Assembly: GCA_030264375.1 (NCBI GenBank)
Contig: JASCQW010000132.1
Location: 78,967,454-79,031,453 of the forward strand
Direction: 5' to 3'
Source: Carcharhinus longimanus
Lineage: Eukaryota
Length of the DNA stretch: 64,000 nucleotides
Shown here: positions 39,045-51,904 of the stretch, one piece after another
How positions within the stretch are numbered: the stretch's first letter is position 1
Layout: every line of letters begins with the position of its first letter
The notes under the pieces: generated by a model
What the model was told of the DNA's origin: nothing
Seen by the model: only the letters and a program-made list of their open reading frames with translations
Database searches by the model: none
Program-made: the position numbers and the translations under genes

Positions 39045-39292
39045 TAAAAAGTCTGACAACACCAGGTTTTAGTCCAACCTATTTATTTAAATAAATAGGT
39101 TGGACTAAAACCTGGTGTTGTNNNNNNNNNNNNNNNNNNNNNNNNNNNNNNNNNNNNNNNNNNNNNNNNNNNNNNNNNNNNNNNNNNNNNNNNNNNNNNN
39201 NNNNNNNNNNNNNNNNNNNNNTGGACTAAAACCTGGTGTTGTCAGACTTTTTACTGTGTTTACGCCAGTCCAACGCCGGCATACCCACATCA
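39045..39292. mobile_element. Penelope-like insertion with inverted terminal segment and 12-bp TSD
   Basis: Perfect palindrome at 39056-39121; TTTTTTATAAAA at 39033-39044 and 39293-39304; homologous to 1790-1829. Confidence 0.8.
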
Positions 39293-40744
39293 TTTTTTAT
39301 AAAAGGCAGCCTTTTCTCAATCTGGTATCTTCAAGTACCTGTCAACCCTGCTGGATTCCCCCACTCTAATATGTCCACCTTATTAGTTTTCCTGCTGGCT
39401 TTTGTGCTCATCAACTCACATTTTTCTTGTTTTGAAGTTGACCTTCTTGGTGTCACTGCCAGTCTGGTGACTAGTGGCGGTGCTGCAAAGATCAGGAAAT
39501 CTATCCGCTGCAGGTCTGCCCCAGAATAAAATCGTCCCATGTTAGGATTGAGGAATTCAGGTTGTAGGATCAGATTTGGGTTTAAGATTCAAACTAGAGC
39601 TGACCTTAGGGTTTGGAAGAATTTATCAGGGCTGACTTTATTTTGTTGAATTATGATGTGGGAAAATTTCTGTTGGCAATGTGCTGTTGGGTGATAGATC
39701 TGTCTCAGGGGTCAACACCTGAATGACAGAGGAAGATTCTTAGTCCTGACAAGTGTTTTCTTTTGAATAAACCACAGATCAACATTTTTACACAAGCATG
39801 CTATATTTTCTGAAAAATTAATAAATTGCTCCTTTAATATCATGATATGAATTTAAACAAGTACCTGTTGTGGATGCAGTCACTTGTTGGAAGGGTGAAA
39901 TCAAAGGTCATACTGGCAAGTTGGGGTGAGTACCCCCAACTTGACCTCAGCCACTAACTAAAAGGGTTAAATGCCCCTGCGCCTCTACAGTCTTTGTTCT
40001 GAATTTCTTGGACTTAATAAGTACCGGTATCTGTCTTGTATCAAAATTTTACTGCAGTGATATGCCAACAGCATTCTTACATAAGGTTGTACAACAGCCT
40101 CTGTTATAACAGATTTATGTTCCCAGCTCCCACACTAGAGTAATCATTTTGTGAGTGAGCACTGAACTATCTATCTGAGCTCCTCAATAAAGATGCCAAG
40201 CTGTCCAAAATCAATCCAGTAGTGAGTTTACATCTGTTGGAACAAACTTACAAAATAATTGCACGTCAACTTTCTTTGGATGAATTGAGCAGTCGAGGAG
40301 CCTCACTTGCTTTGTTGTTATCCATCAACATGTTACGTGGACCATTGTGCATTCTAAGCTAAATAAACAGAGTTTCATCAGTCTGGGTTACTAATAGAAA
40401 ACACAGTCTTGATAGGTTTTCAGTTGCAGTGCCCAGACAAGGTAATCTGTGGAGATGTCGAAGTTTGCAGTGAATCTTGTTTGTGTCAGGCAATGGGATA
40501 TCTGTAAAGTCAGGTGCATTGCATTGGACAACTGCAAATAAATCTTTAAACAGTGAAGATAGAGGGATTTTAAAAGCTCTTCACAGACAAATCATCCTTA
40601 GAATTTTATTTTGGCTCTTTTTACAGAAATAACTGCTTTAATGATAAAGTTAAAAATGAAAAATACAAGAAATTCAAAGCAAAGGCACCAAATGCTTACA
40701 TTACACTATATGTGGGTCAACATCATAAATGGATAAAACACTGC

Positions 40745-41141
40745 CAAAGAGAGGTTTGATTTTATGTAGCACCATTCCCAGTCTCAGCACTGTCCCCAGT
40801 TGCTTGACAGCCAATACAACAATTATTTTGGGAGTGTCATAACTATTGTCATGTAAAAAACATGGCAAACAATTACTATTCAGTAATCTTCCACAGACAT
40901 TGGGACAACTCCTCTGATATTCTTTATAATAATGCCATAGGGTTCTTTCTTCCATTTGAGTCAGCAGAGTGCCCATCAGTTTAACTCCTCATCTGAAAGA
41001 AAGTGATAGTGTAGAATTTCCTCAGTACTGTTCTGCAAAGAGATGTCAGCTAGGTTTTGAACTTAAGAGTTTGGAATGGGACTTGAATCCATTCACCATT
41101 GATTCAGAGATGGGAGTACTACCACTGTGTAATGGCTGACA
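40745..41141 (-). mobile_element. SacSINE1-like DeuSINE, decayed
   Basis: CAGTTTAACTCCTCATCTGAAAGA, CCTCAGTACTG, GGGACTTGAATCC and GGCTGACAC (antisense head). Confidence 0.75.
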
Positions 41142-41268
41142 CCTAGTGAGCTAACCAGGGAAGCAATTACTGACTTCTCTTAACAGTAATCTGAAAAACA
41201 TGAGTAAAAAAGTCATTGGTGAGGACTGAGTGGTACATAAAACCATTCTCCACTTTTGCTGTTCACTT

Positions 41269-41356
41269 GTAAGAAGACTCACGATACCAGCTTTATTTGA
41301 AATCATGAGCTTTCAGAGCGCTGCTCTATCATCAAGTGAGTGATGACTCACTTGAT
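41269..41356 (-). mobile_element. Penelope-like repeat with hammerhead motif and short inversion
   Basis: GTAAGAAGACTCAC start; minus strand CACTTGATGATAGAGCAGCGCTCTGAAAGCTC; inverted ATCAAGTGAGT-GATG-ACTCACTTGAT. Confidence 0.75.
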
Positions 41357-41399
41357 CTAAAGTGAGGGATCTGCAAGTTCACAATTTGATTGACAGCTC

Positions 41400-42110
41400 A
41401 GTAGGGTGATAAAGGCTTTAGTTATCTTCGATGCGGAACTATGAATATAAAAGTTTGTTTTTGTAAGGGATTAATCGTTGAATTAAACATTTCTTTTCAT
41501 AGAGGATGAAGTACTTAAAAGAAATGTTTCACTGTTTTTATAATGGATTAAGTACCTCAAATGATTTGAATGCATTGAATGGGTATTCATCAACGAAAGT
41601 GCTTTTAAACAGATTTAAGTCTGAAACTGATAGTTTAACTTTATTTTATTTCACCTCAGCATAGCTCATGAGGGCTGCCCATGGTGGATACTGGTGAGTT
41701 GGCATGGAGGGTATAAGGGCAAAGAGTAGTGGGAGGGGGCTTGGGTTGATGTGACTTGGTACTATGTTAGCATAGTGGTTATTAATGGCAATGGGGATAT
41801 TTGGCAGTGTGTGGTCATGGGTTGGCATGAGTTGAGACTGATTTGGCATGGTATGCATAAGAAGCCATGAGGGTAGAGGAGTACAAACTGGCATTGAGGG
41901 TAAGATGGGCTATGTTATGAGTTGGTATGAATGGGACAGGGGGAGAGTGTGGAAGGGGCTGATGGGGAAGTGCTTTAGGGCTGATTTTCATTTTCATGCA
42001 TTTTTTACAACTGGGACAAAGTATCAGACCATCGAGGTGAGCCTTTTAAACAGCCCCCTTAGGAACTCAGCAGCCACTGTGGGTGCCTCACACTACTTCC
42101 AAGGACGGCA
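41400..42110 (-). mobile_element. Non-autonomous element, antisense relative of 22830 and 48618
   Basis: Reverse complement of 41645-41710 matches 49037-49112 (CCTCCATGCCAA..CCATGGGCAG..AGCTATG..TGAG.TGAA.TAAAA). Confidence 0.65.
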
Positions 42111-43549
42111 GGTCTGTTCTTTCATTCCTTGGCCTTTTGCTTCATATATCCATTTTCCCCTCAGGATTAATCTCGATATTGATATGAAAACAGTTAGTGT
42201 TTTTTAATGCCTAGTCCAGTGCGCTTTGATTCCATGGAAACAACTGGACCAAAGCTCATTTGCAGAAGATCTGTTTTCTGGTTATAATGTACAAAGAGTA
42301 AAATAGGTAGGTTAATTGTCCTTTAAGTATAATCCCCAATAACATGTGCAGTCTCTGGTTGTGTTGGCTGTGCGGTGGCTCACTTATACTGGCCCAATCT
42401 GCAGCAAAAATGACCCCATCAACTAAAACAAAAGTTCTCTGTTTTTCCCTCAGAGGATGTATGGAACAGACTTCCAGCAAAAGTAGCTGACGCTGAGACA
42501 AGTAACTATTTAAAAATAAAGAGCTGGATAAATATCTAGTTGAGAATAGGATTGTTGGCAAGAGGGTACGTCTAGATGAGATGATCACAATGGTTTGTGT
42601 GTTGAAGAACCACTTGCTCAGTTGGAGAGGGTAAAATTATTAGGTGAATCATTCCTATCCATTTTCAGAGCTTGGGTCTAACAAGAGTGACTCATGAAAG
42701 AATAATAAAGTAAAGAAAGTCCTACATTTCTAGCCAAGAGAGACAAGGGGAATGGGGCAGACAGGAAAGTAGAATTGAGGCCACAATTAGATCAGCCATA
42801 ATCTTAATAGCTCGAGGGGCAAAGAGCCTACTCTTGCTCCTAGTTCTTGGGTTTTTATACAAGGCACCTTTCACAACCTCAGGATCACCTGAAACTTTCA
42901 GAATGAAGTTTGGGAAATTTATGAGGGTTAGCTGTATCTTGAGATTAGATAATAAAAATGGTTCACCATCTCAGCATATGGTTCCCTTGTTCTGTGGTGG
43001 GAAGATGTATATTGGAGAATATTATAGTTAGCTATGAAATGTACAATTGAAACCATACATCATCTGTCTATTTATTTGTGTTAGGGTGAGAATTGCCACA
43101 ACAATTATTTATATTTATTTCTGTGCCACTTTCAACATAGAAAATATACCATTGATACTTTACAGAACAGGAAGAAACAATAATTAACATCGATGCAGAA
43201 TTGGACATGTTCCCATGGAGCAGGTACAGGCTGGTTAGTGAGGGGAGGGCCAAGGTGACTGAATGCTCTGCCCAAAGTGAAGCCCAGAGTCAGAAAATCA
43301 GAGGCTGTTGTAAGACTAAAGGAGAATGCAGAAATAGGGGGCTGGATGTTGTGTTTCAAAAATGGGATGAAATTAGTACCACAAAAAGATAATTTCCAAT
43401 GTGATGCCATCAAGTGATGACTCCAACATCATCACGTCAGTCAACAATGCTATAGTGGGCAACTATGCTCCAAAATCAGGAGCCTTCCCACTATTTTGAA
43501 ATGAGTAAATAACAAGTATTTAAGTTCATTAGCAGTTCAATCGACTGTG

Positions 43550-45370
43550 ATAATATATAACCAATACCATGATATGTCAAATATCTAACACACAAAAATT
43601 GTGAACACCATTACTGTAGGACCCTGTCAAATCCAGCAATTACAGGGAACCTCGTTCGGAAGAAACATATGGTAGTGCCATCTTGGATTACCGGATAGCA
43701 TTTAAAGTTCAACACACTATTTTAAAATGTAATGAACATGGATCAAGCATCTACCACACCAGACATAATGGCTGACACCTAGTGAGCTAACCAGGGAAGC
43801 AATCACTGACTTCTCTTAACAGTAATCTGATAAACATGGGTAAAAAAGGTCATTGGTGAGGACTGAGTGGTTCATACGGGCATGAATAGACAGTAGTAGT
43901 ACTTCCACCTCTGAATCAGGCCCACATCAGTCACACAACTGGGGACTTTGGATAAAGGGCTTCCTTCAATACATGATTGCTTCAGGTCTAGAAGAAAGGG
44001 TGAGGGCAAAGCATGGTACAGAACAACACCCAGTTGGTAAAACAGCAGAGCTGCAGGGACCCTCCAGGCTAAAGGAAGCAACACTGTAACAGACCATAAG
44101 AGGTTGGGCAACCATGCCATCGCTGTGGAACCTGGTGACCCACATAGGCATGACCAGTCTCAGCACAGCACTTTAATTGCAACTGCATAGGATACGTTGG
44201 TAAACTATGCAAAGCTAAAACGAGATGCATAGATGATCCCAAGACGACTCACAAGATCAAGAGGAAACGTACCCATGCTTCTTTGGTAAGGTCAAAGTTC
44301 TGGGATTTTCATTCTAGCTATGACTGTAGCACTACATTCTGCACTCTCTCATCTCCTTCTCTATGAACGGTGTCTCTATAGCATGCAAGAAACAATACTT
44401 TTCAATGTATATTAATACATGTGACAATAATAAATCAAATCAAATCAAAATCTGGAACATAAACATCTCAGATAATGATCATCTCACAAAATTTAAACTG
44501 GACATGGGAGCCAGTGTCACAGTCCCCTCAGACAATGAACTAGTGGCACAACTTGCTAATTCCACCCAAAACACACCTTCCAGTGAAAGATACTGCGCAG
44601 GCAACACTCAAGTACAAAGACAAAAGGCTATCAGAGCCACATTCATCGTCTACAACCAAGGATGTTCCCTTTAAGCCAAAAAGCCTGTGTCAACCTCAAC
44701 CTCCTACAGAAATTTGACAAGGTCAACTAGGTTCTGATTCCAAAGTAAAAAACAGCTCCTGAAAGATTGGGTGACTGAGGGCCACATGCAGAATATACTG
44801 AGGGAGAATGCTAAGCCCATGTGCCTGCTCATACCATGCAAAATATCCCATCCACTCATGAAGCAAGTGCAGCCACAGCTGGATAAGATGAAAAAATGGA
44901 AGCCATCGCTTTCATCACTCAGCCAAATGAATGGTGTTCCAGCAGGATCCCAGTCCCAAAACCGAATGGGTTCATCTGTACCTGCTTCAATGTGACACAG
45001 CTCAATAAAGCTGTGGCAAGAGAAGTCGATTAGATCTCCTTGGTGGATGACAGCCTGATCAAACTCTCTCAAAGCACCGTGTTTTCAAAGTTGAAAGCTG
45101 ACAATGAATAACAGAGAAGGAGTAGTAGAAGTAAAGTAATGTAAATAACAGGAATACACTGTAAATATTTTGGATAAAGACTAGGGGGAATGTAGTATAA
45201 GAGACTGGTATTGAAATGGTTAATGTGGGACTGAGTACATTACTGCCCATTGAGTGGGACCTAAAAAAACACATGACCCAAGTCTAGTGGGCAGTCATGG
45301 ACTGGACAGAGCCATGTGTAGAAGCAAGCATGGAGACAGCTCATAACTTAAAGTTTATAATGTATACACA
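43550..45370 (+). mobile_element. Decayed Gypsy LTR retrotransposon (gag knuckle, protease, RT start, PPT, 3' LTR start)
   Basis: PCHRCG and NCNCIGYVGKLC (44110-44215), FKLDMGASVTV, LRENAKP..KISHPLMKQV, PKPNG..TQLNKAVARE; PPT AGGGGGAA then TGTAGTATA at 45191. Confidence 0.8.
44316..44449 (+). mobile_element. Rex1/Babar 3' end inserted in the Gypsy element
   Basis: Reverse-complement match to 20075-20215; (AAATC)n tail. Confidence 0.85.
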
Positions 45371-48240
45371 GTCCGCTGACCCTTGTCTGCAATGACTTTT
45401 GCAGCTGCCCTCTGGTTCCCTGAGGCCATGAGGGCCCCAACATGGTGGGGGTTTCCTACACAGTGACAGGAGGTGGCAAGCGAAGATATCTGTGCCAATG
45501 GCAGAGGGATGGAGGAAAGACACACTGCATCACAAGCACCCTGAGAGGTGCCCTTAACAACATGAGCTGCTGCTTATCTTCCGCTACGAGGTCCATTTGT
45601 CACTGACGGCTCTCCTGAGAGGAATGTAACTTTAGGCTCCTCATCCCCCTATCGCCCTGGCTCTGGATCCCTACTCTGAATGTAGGTCAGAGCGAATACC
45701 CACAACTACTTCAGTAATCTGCTGGGTTTGGCCATCCAAGACAGTTGCCAATGGAGGAAGTGGTATGTCCTGTAGAGCTGGTGGTCCCTGTGCTCACGGC
45801 CTGGACGGACTCCTCCTGTGACCATGTCAAAACATGCAACTCCTCTGGTATCTCTGCCTCATCGCCACACACCTAGTGCTGGTCGGCCAGCATCTGGTGA
45901 TTTATAAATGACTCCAGGGGCTTTGACAGGGACTCAGCATTTGGCTCTCCTCCAGCACTCCTCTGACTACCAAGGGCCTGCTCCATCTCAGTCTCTGACA
46001 GCTGCATGTGTGACTGTGATGTGCTTTCAGCTGTTTGTATTCCCCTTTACAGCCAAGGGGGTACCTACTGACGTGTCTGTTATCTATGCTGTGCTGGGGG
46101 CAGAGTGAGGATGTGATGTTGTTCCCTCTGAGGCTTCTTTTTCCTCCTCAGAGGCCAATGTGGGACACTCAGGGCTTGTTCCAGCAGCAGCCAATGTTGT
46201 CCTTGTGCAGGAGAGTAAAATAGAGACGGTTAGAACCATGTTCTGCCATCAAGGTGAGGACGCAGAAACAAACTTCCCCACTGGCAGCACAGTAAGCATT
46301 GTGTAACAGTTTTGGTCCCCTTGATTTTAAAAAGAATATTGTAACATTGGAAGCAGTCCAAAGGTGATTCACCAGCCTAATCCCTGGGATGAGAGGGTTT
46401 TCTATCAAGAGAGACTAAATATTCTGGGTCTTTGTTCCTTGGAGATTAGAAGAGTGAGGGGTGATGTTATTTTGAAGGGGTGACCTTATTAGTGAAAACA
46501 CCCTTGACAGAGTAAGTGGTGTGATGTTTTCACTAGTATGAAAGTCTCGAGTAAGGGGACATAGCCACAAGGATAAACAGCCAGTCATTTGAAACTGAGA
46601 CGCATAGAAATTTCTTCTCGCAGAGGGTGGTGAATCTCTGGAATTCCCTGCCCCAAAGGGAGGCTGCATCATTAGAAATGGAGATGGATAAATATTTGAT
46701 AGATTGAGGAATAGGGGGCTATGAGAAAATGGCACAGAAAAGAAGGCGAAGCTGGTCATAGTCATCGTGAATGGTGGGCAGGCTTGAAGACTCTGGTGGC
46801 CTACTCCTGCTTTTATTTCTTGTGTTCTTACTCAATGTTTGCATCTCACAACTTCCAGAATTGCAGTCACTCTTTACTCCCCAGTGCATGAGAGCCTTCA
46901 AAATCACAAACCATCAATACCTCATTCCAGATGCACTCTCCCCTTAGCTCTCTTATCAGTTCTCTCTTTCCATTGTAAATAATGGAGCAACCTCACCACC
47001 CTGGAATCTTTCTCCTATCTTGTGCCTACTAATGGAATAGCTCCACTCATTCACATCTTGGTCCAACACCTTCTCCTTGACGGGTGTGAGGATGGCTAGG
47101 TTTGCCACACCTCCTTCGCCTGGCATTGTGCACCCTCATCTGCTGCAGTGAAATGTGACACTGATGATTTTGCATCTCCTGTGCATTAATTCCTTCACAC
47201 ACATGGCCTATGAGAACACCACAGGCTTCAGAATTTGCACATAGGTTAACACCCAATTTACCAGTGCACCATTCATACTACATCTCACACCACTGCATAC
47301 CCCCAACCCCCTCTCCCCACACCCAGCATCCCTTCACAGACCTTGGGAAAAAGTACACTATAACATTTGTGCATCAGGTTGCCTCACACTTCTAGGGAAA
47401 ATACAGGGCAATACCCAAAAGCAGCCTTTGCAAAACCTTCTGAGTATGTGCCTCTCCATAGTGGAGTCTCACCTTATGGATCATCAGAGGTCGTTGAGGC
47501 ATTTTCACTACTGCCCCCCAGTTAATGGAGCAATGCTAAGGCTGCTGAATTCTGCTGTGATCATCACCCAGCGTGCAGGCTTTGGTCAAGCTACAAGGGC
47601 TTTGTTTTCTATCGGCTTACATGAGGACTTCCCGCCTGCCACTTACAGCCTGGAGGAGGGGTCAAAGGGAGTTGCTGTTGAACTTTTGGACTACCCTGGA
47701 CCTTCATCCCTCCACATCACCTGGTTCCCTTCTTTTGACCACCTATGGAGAGACAAGGAGATAACAGATTGATGCTCCATTCTCCCCTTCGNNNNNNNNN
47801 NNNNNNNNNNNNNNNNNNNNNNNNNNNNNNNNNNNNNNNNNNNNNNNNNNNNNNNNNNNNNNNNNNNNNNNNNNNNNNNNNNNNNNNNNNNCCATTCAAC
47901 TAAAACAGTCCATGCCTTTGCCGTTGCCACAGGTCTGGAGATCTTCCCTTCAGTGAAAGCATTCAGGAAAAACAGAAAAATCTCACCTACCTCTGGCCAT
48001 GTTTCTGAATTATTAGACTCAGCATAAGCATTTTCTTGCTTCAGGTGAATGAGTCCCCTTGGTACAGTCCCGTGTCAGATGTCCCTTTAAATGTGTAGCT
48101 GTGACCTCCTTCTGGGCCACAGTCTGCCAGCTCAGTACCCTGACTTCCCACTAACCAAGGCCCATTGGAGGAGAAGACCATCCTACAGGGACACTGTTGA
48201 CCTGGAACTCACCCGGTTACTGCTAATTGAACATTAGGCC
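45371..48240 (-). mobile_element. Harbinger Myb/SANT-like partner gene remnant, interrupted by CR1
   Basis: Minus-strand acceptor TTTCACTGCAG then QMRVHNARR and ANLAILTPVKEKVLD (about 47060-47136), comparable to the 22494 exon. Confidence 0.55.
46290..46830 (+). mobile_element. CR1 3' end
   Basis: LEAVQR-FTSLIPGM, LEIRRVRGD, RNFFSQRVVNLWNSLP and a 3' UTR. Confidence 0.88.
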
Positions 48241-48262
48241 AGAATGTCACCATCATTCACGC

Positions 48263-48373
48263 TGGTGGGATTTTTCCATCTCACTGCAATGAATAGAGAT
48301 TTGGCTGGGTGTCAAATTCACTGTCCTCGCTGCAGCAGGAACGTGGCATGAATGGCTGGTAAGATCTCACCCT
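48263..48373. mobile_element. MITE
   Basis: GGTGGGATTTTT...AAGATCTCACC termini; interior homologous to 33795-33928. Confidence 0.7.
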
Positions 48374-48617
48374 TAGCATTTTATACAGTTCTTTGGGAGG
48401 ACAGGGGTGAGAAACAGTGATTGCCAAATTTCCAAATTCGACTCACGTCCACTGGCACAGACCGCAAAGATAAGGGACATAGTCACAAAAAAATGTAAAT
48501 GAGGAATTTAAATTCAATAAAAAATCTCTGTAAGTTAGTGCAGAGAGGAGTCATGAGAAAATTGTACTTAGTGCAGAATAAAATCCAAGCAGCTGTATCC
48601 TAGACAAGTTTGACTTT

Positions 48618-49793
48618 AGGGCCTGGATTTTCACTCCCAAAGCAGGCACACCAAATGGCGAATTTTCCCGGCTTGCCATTTCCACCTCTCATGATTTGCA
48701 GGATCTTCTTTCCAGTGGGGCGGGAGGCAGTGTGGCCTGCTGCCCACAAGCACAGATTGGAGGGGCCGCAGGAGCTGCTGATGCTCAGTCGAGCTATTTA
48801 AAAGGCCCGCCTTTATTCTGTGGAAGTTCATTCCAGTTGTTTTTTTCAAATATTAGGCCCCTAATCCTCACCCCTTATACCCCCTCACCTCCCCAATCTG
48901 CTCCCCATGTCCATACATTTCAATTCATGCTTTGACCCAATAGTCCTCTGTACCCTCCATTCCAATCCATACCCCCTCCCACCCCATTCCCTCCTTGCCA
49001 ACGTGGTGCCAACTCACCACACTTTGGGCTTCCCACCCTCCATGCCAATTCACCTTGTATCCGCCATGGGCAGACCTCAGTAGCTATGTTGTGCTGAGAT
49101 GAAGTAAAATAAAATTCTAAATATCAAGACTTCACTGCATAGGGAAAGCTCACATTCATGAAAGCCCATTCATACATTTAAATTCCTTCAAGTCTTTAAT
49201 CTCTTTTAAAACAAACATTTGTATTCACTGCCTCATATAAAAGAAGGTTAATCCTTTAATACATTTTCTCAGCACCAATAGAACTATGAACTTACAGCCA
49301 TGCACTGTAATGATAGGTTGTGGAAAGAATCATGCATTAACAATGCCTTAATGATAACAGTTAGGATTACATCAGCAAAACATCTATTGAAACTACTAAA
49401 ACAGATATTTTTCAACTCTCACAGACACAGGTTGACAGTTTTATTACATTTTATAGGGCTTGTCATTTAAACAACTTGATAGCTTAAAGTTCTATAGATT
49501 TTATCTGTCTTTTACAAGCATATATGATTTATCTTTAATATTACAACTTACATGCTGTGGGATTAAGAGATTGCTCCAGCAAAAAAGTACTTCCTGTTTG
49601 AACTCAGCATTAATTTCAAATGACCTGGCTGCCTTTGGGTTTCCCCCCTGTGGGATTCATATCCTGTCGCCAATTCACGTCCCCAAGCAAAAATGGTTTC
49701 TGCTGGCTGTTGTGATATGAATTCCATACCCAAGGTCCACTGACCATTTGGATAAAGCACAGGATCTCCAGAACTCCTAAAGAATTTGGGCCT
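48618..49793 (+). mobile_element. Non-autonomous element of about 1.2 kb, copy 2
   Basis: Starts AGGGCCTGGATTTT, ends AGAATTTGGGCCT (imperfect TIR); colinear with 22830-23935. Confidence 0.7.
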
Positions 49794-50319
49794 AGATGCA
49801 AAATAGGAGGCTATAATAGGCAGTGATAGCTGTAAAAAGGGCAAATGTTGCAGAGGTGAAACTTTCTCAGTATTGGAAAGAATTGAGACCTGAATTTCAG
49901 TTCTGGGTTTGACTGAATGCTGATATTTTGTACAAATGTCTTAGTGAGTGACTAAGGAGGACCAGAAGTCAATGACAAGGGAGTAGATGATATGGCAGCA
50001 GCTGAAAATTATGTCTTTTTTTTATATTTGGTTGCAAAGAATATTGAATCATTCATAACTTGATTTTTGGATAGAACAGAGGAAAGGCCTGCCACATTAA
50101 GTACAATCAGGCACTTAACTGGGCAGCAGCAGGTTTTCCCCAGAATCCCCAACCCCAGGGTAAAAGTCCCACCCACTAAAAGCCAACCAAATGACAACAG
50201 CTCTTCCTTACTCAGCAGCGCTGCCAAGAAAGATGGCTACTGTCAGCAATGCACCCACGTGATGCTCAGGGTTGATGAGGACCCAGGCCACAAATGAATG
50301 ATGGTGAGAGCAATCATTT

Positions 50320-50728
50320 TAAAGTGTTGAACAGCCAATGGAATACTTTTGAAATGTAGTGATTTTTTGTTATGTGGGAGATGCAGCAGCAAATTTGATA
50401 TATGCTATTTTTTTAAAGACCAATTTAATCTATAATAGTCTATCTTAATGATGTTGGTTGAGAAATAAACATAAGTCAGAACACTATGGGAACCCCCCAA
50501 CCCTACTCCCGCCCCTGTTGTTCTGCAAACTATGGCATCACATCTTTTACACATCCTGAAAGTGTAGATGGAATCTCAGTTTTGCATCTCACTCAAAATA
50601 AGCACCTCCAACAGTACAGTATCCACCTGCAATGTTAGCTGAGATTCTGAGCATCAGGTTTCCAAAACAGCGTTTGAACCCACTACCTTCTGACTCAGTA
50701 GGTGTGCTGCCAACTGAACCACAGTTAG
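50320..50728 (-). mobile_element. SacSINE1-like DeuSINE
   Basis: ACAGCCAATGGAATACTTTTGAAATGTAGT...TTGAACCCACTACCTTCTGACTCAG...AACTGAACCAC. Confidence 0.8.
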
Positions 50729-51904
50729 TACAATAAAATCTATTCCCTGTAACTAATGAAGTAAGCATGTTGTTGCTATACAGAATGAATTGTAGATAAT
50801 TATTCCAAGCATGACTTGGGCATATTTTACAAAGCCAGATGCTGTTTAGCAGTATACATCATCCTTGAAACCAATTATTTTCACTACAGAAGTTCATTAC
50901 AAAGTTTCCCCATTTTAAAACAAAGAGGAAATTAGACTGTTGATTTTCTGAGTTGGTACATGTGGTGATTTACTCTGCATATTTTGGATATATATTGAAA
51001 ATTTTGGTCCATTGATTTTATCTCAATGATTTCAATTACAGAATTTCACAAGCAAAGGGAGTTTAATTTTGTGAGGCATCCTTTCACCAGGAGCGATGAA
51101 ATGCCAAAACGTTAGCACTCGGTTAATCTACCCTTAGATGAGAGAAGAAATGAAGTAAGAATTTATAGAACACATCCATCTACCTTAACTCTCCCATTAT
51201 AACATCTACTAGATTGTAAATAGACCTACCATTGTTGTCTCCAGTTCCCACTTGGCAGATTGCTTCTGATTTAGTTGTGTCGGTGTCACAGACTAATCTC
51301 CATGTTCCACCAACATTTATATGGGTTGCACTAGCTAGGCCAGACATGACCTGTTGAAATATAGTGAAAACTTACAAATGGAAACATTCGAAAGATGGGC
51401 TTTGAAGATTTGAAGTAATGGGGCTGTGATTATTTCCTTTGGCGACTTGTTCTATTATGGGATTGTCCTTGGGAAGAAAGATTGTTGATACACTGTCTTA
51501 AAAACAAATAGTCTTTGTAGTTTATGTTGATGATTACCTCGTGCTTTCTCATTGCCACAGGTCACCAGCTACTTGTTTCTGTTAATTCCATATTTTATAG
51601 AAACATGGCCAGCCTGTTTTTCTCCCTCCTTGCTATAACAATTGTCATAAATTTTTGATCAAGGATGTGAAACTGGAGTACTTCTCATACAGAATCACAT
51701 TTTTGAATTGCTTTAATCTTATTTATTCTTTGCACCATATAAGGATCTCATACTCAATTTGCAAAGTCCAGGATTGGACAAACAAATGTTTGCTAAGTTA
51801 TGGCTCTGTTATTTTTGTTGCAATATCAAAGATTCCTCCACAAAAATCAAGAACCCTGTTTGTTTTGGATGTTATCTCCTGAATGTGGAATCCCATTGAA
51901 GATT

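Noticed and set aside
40252-40353. Minus-strand exon-like segment with AG acceptor and GTAAGT donor
   Set aside because: All three frames contain stops and no protein is recognised; cannot be supported without transcripts.
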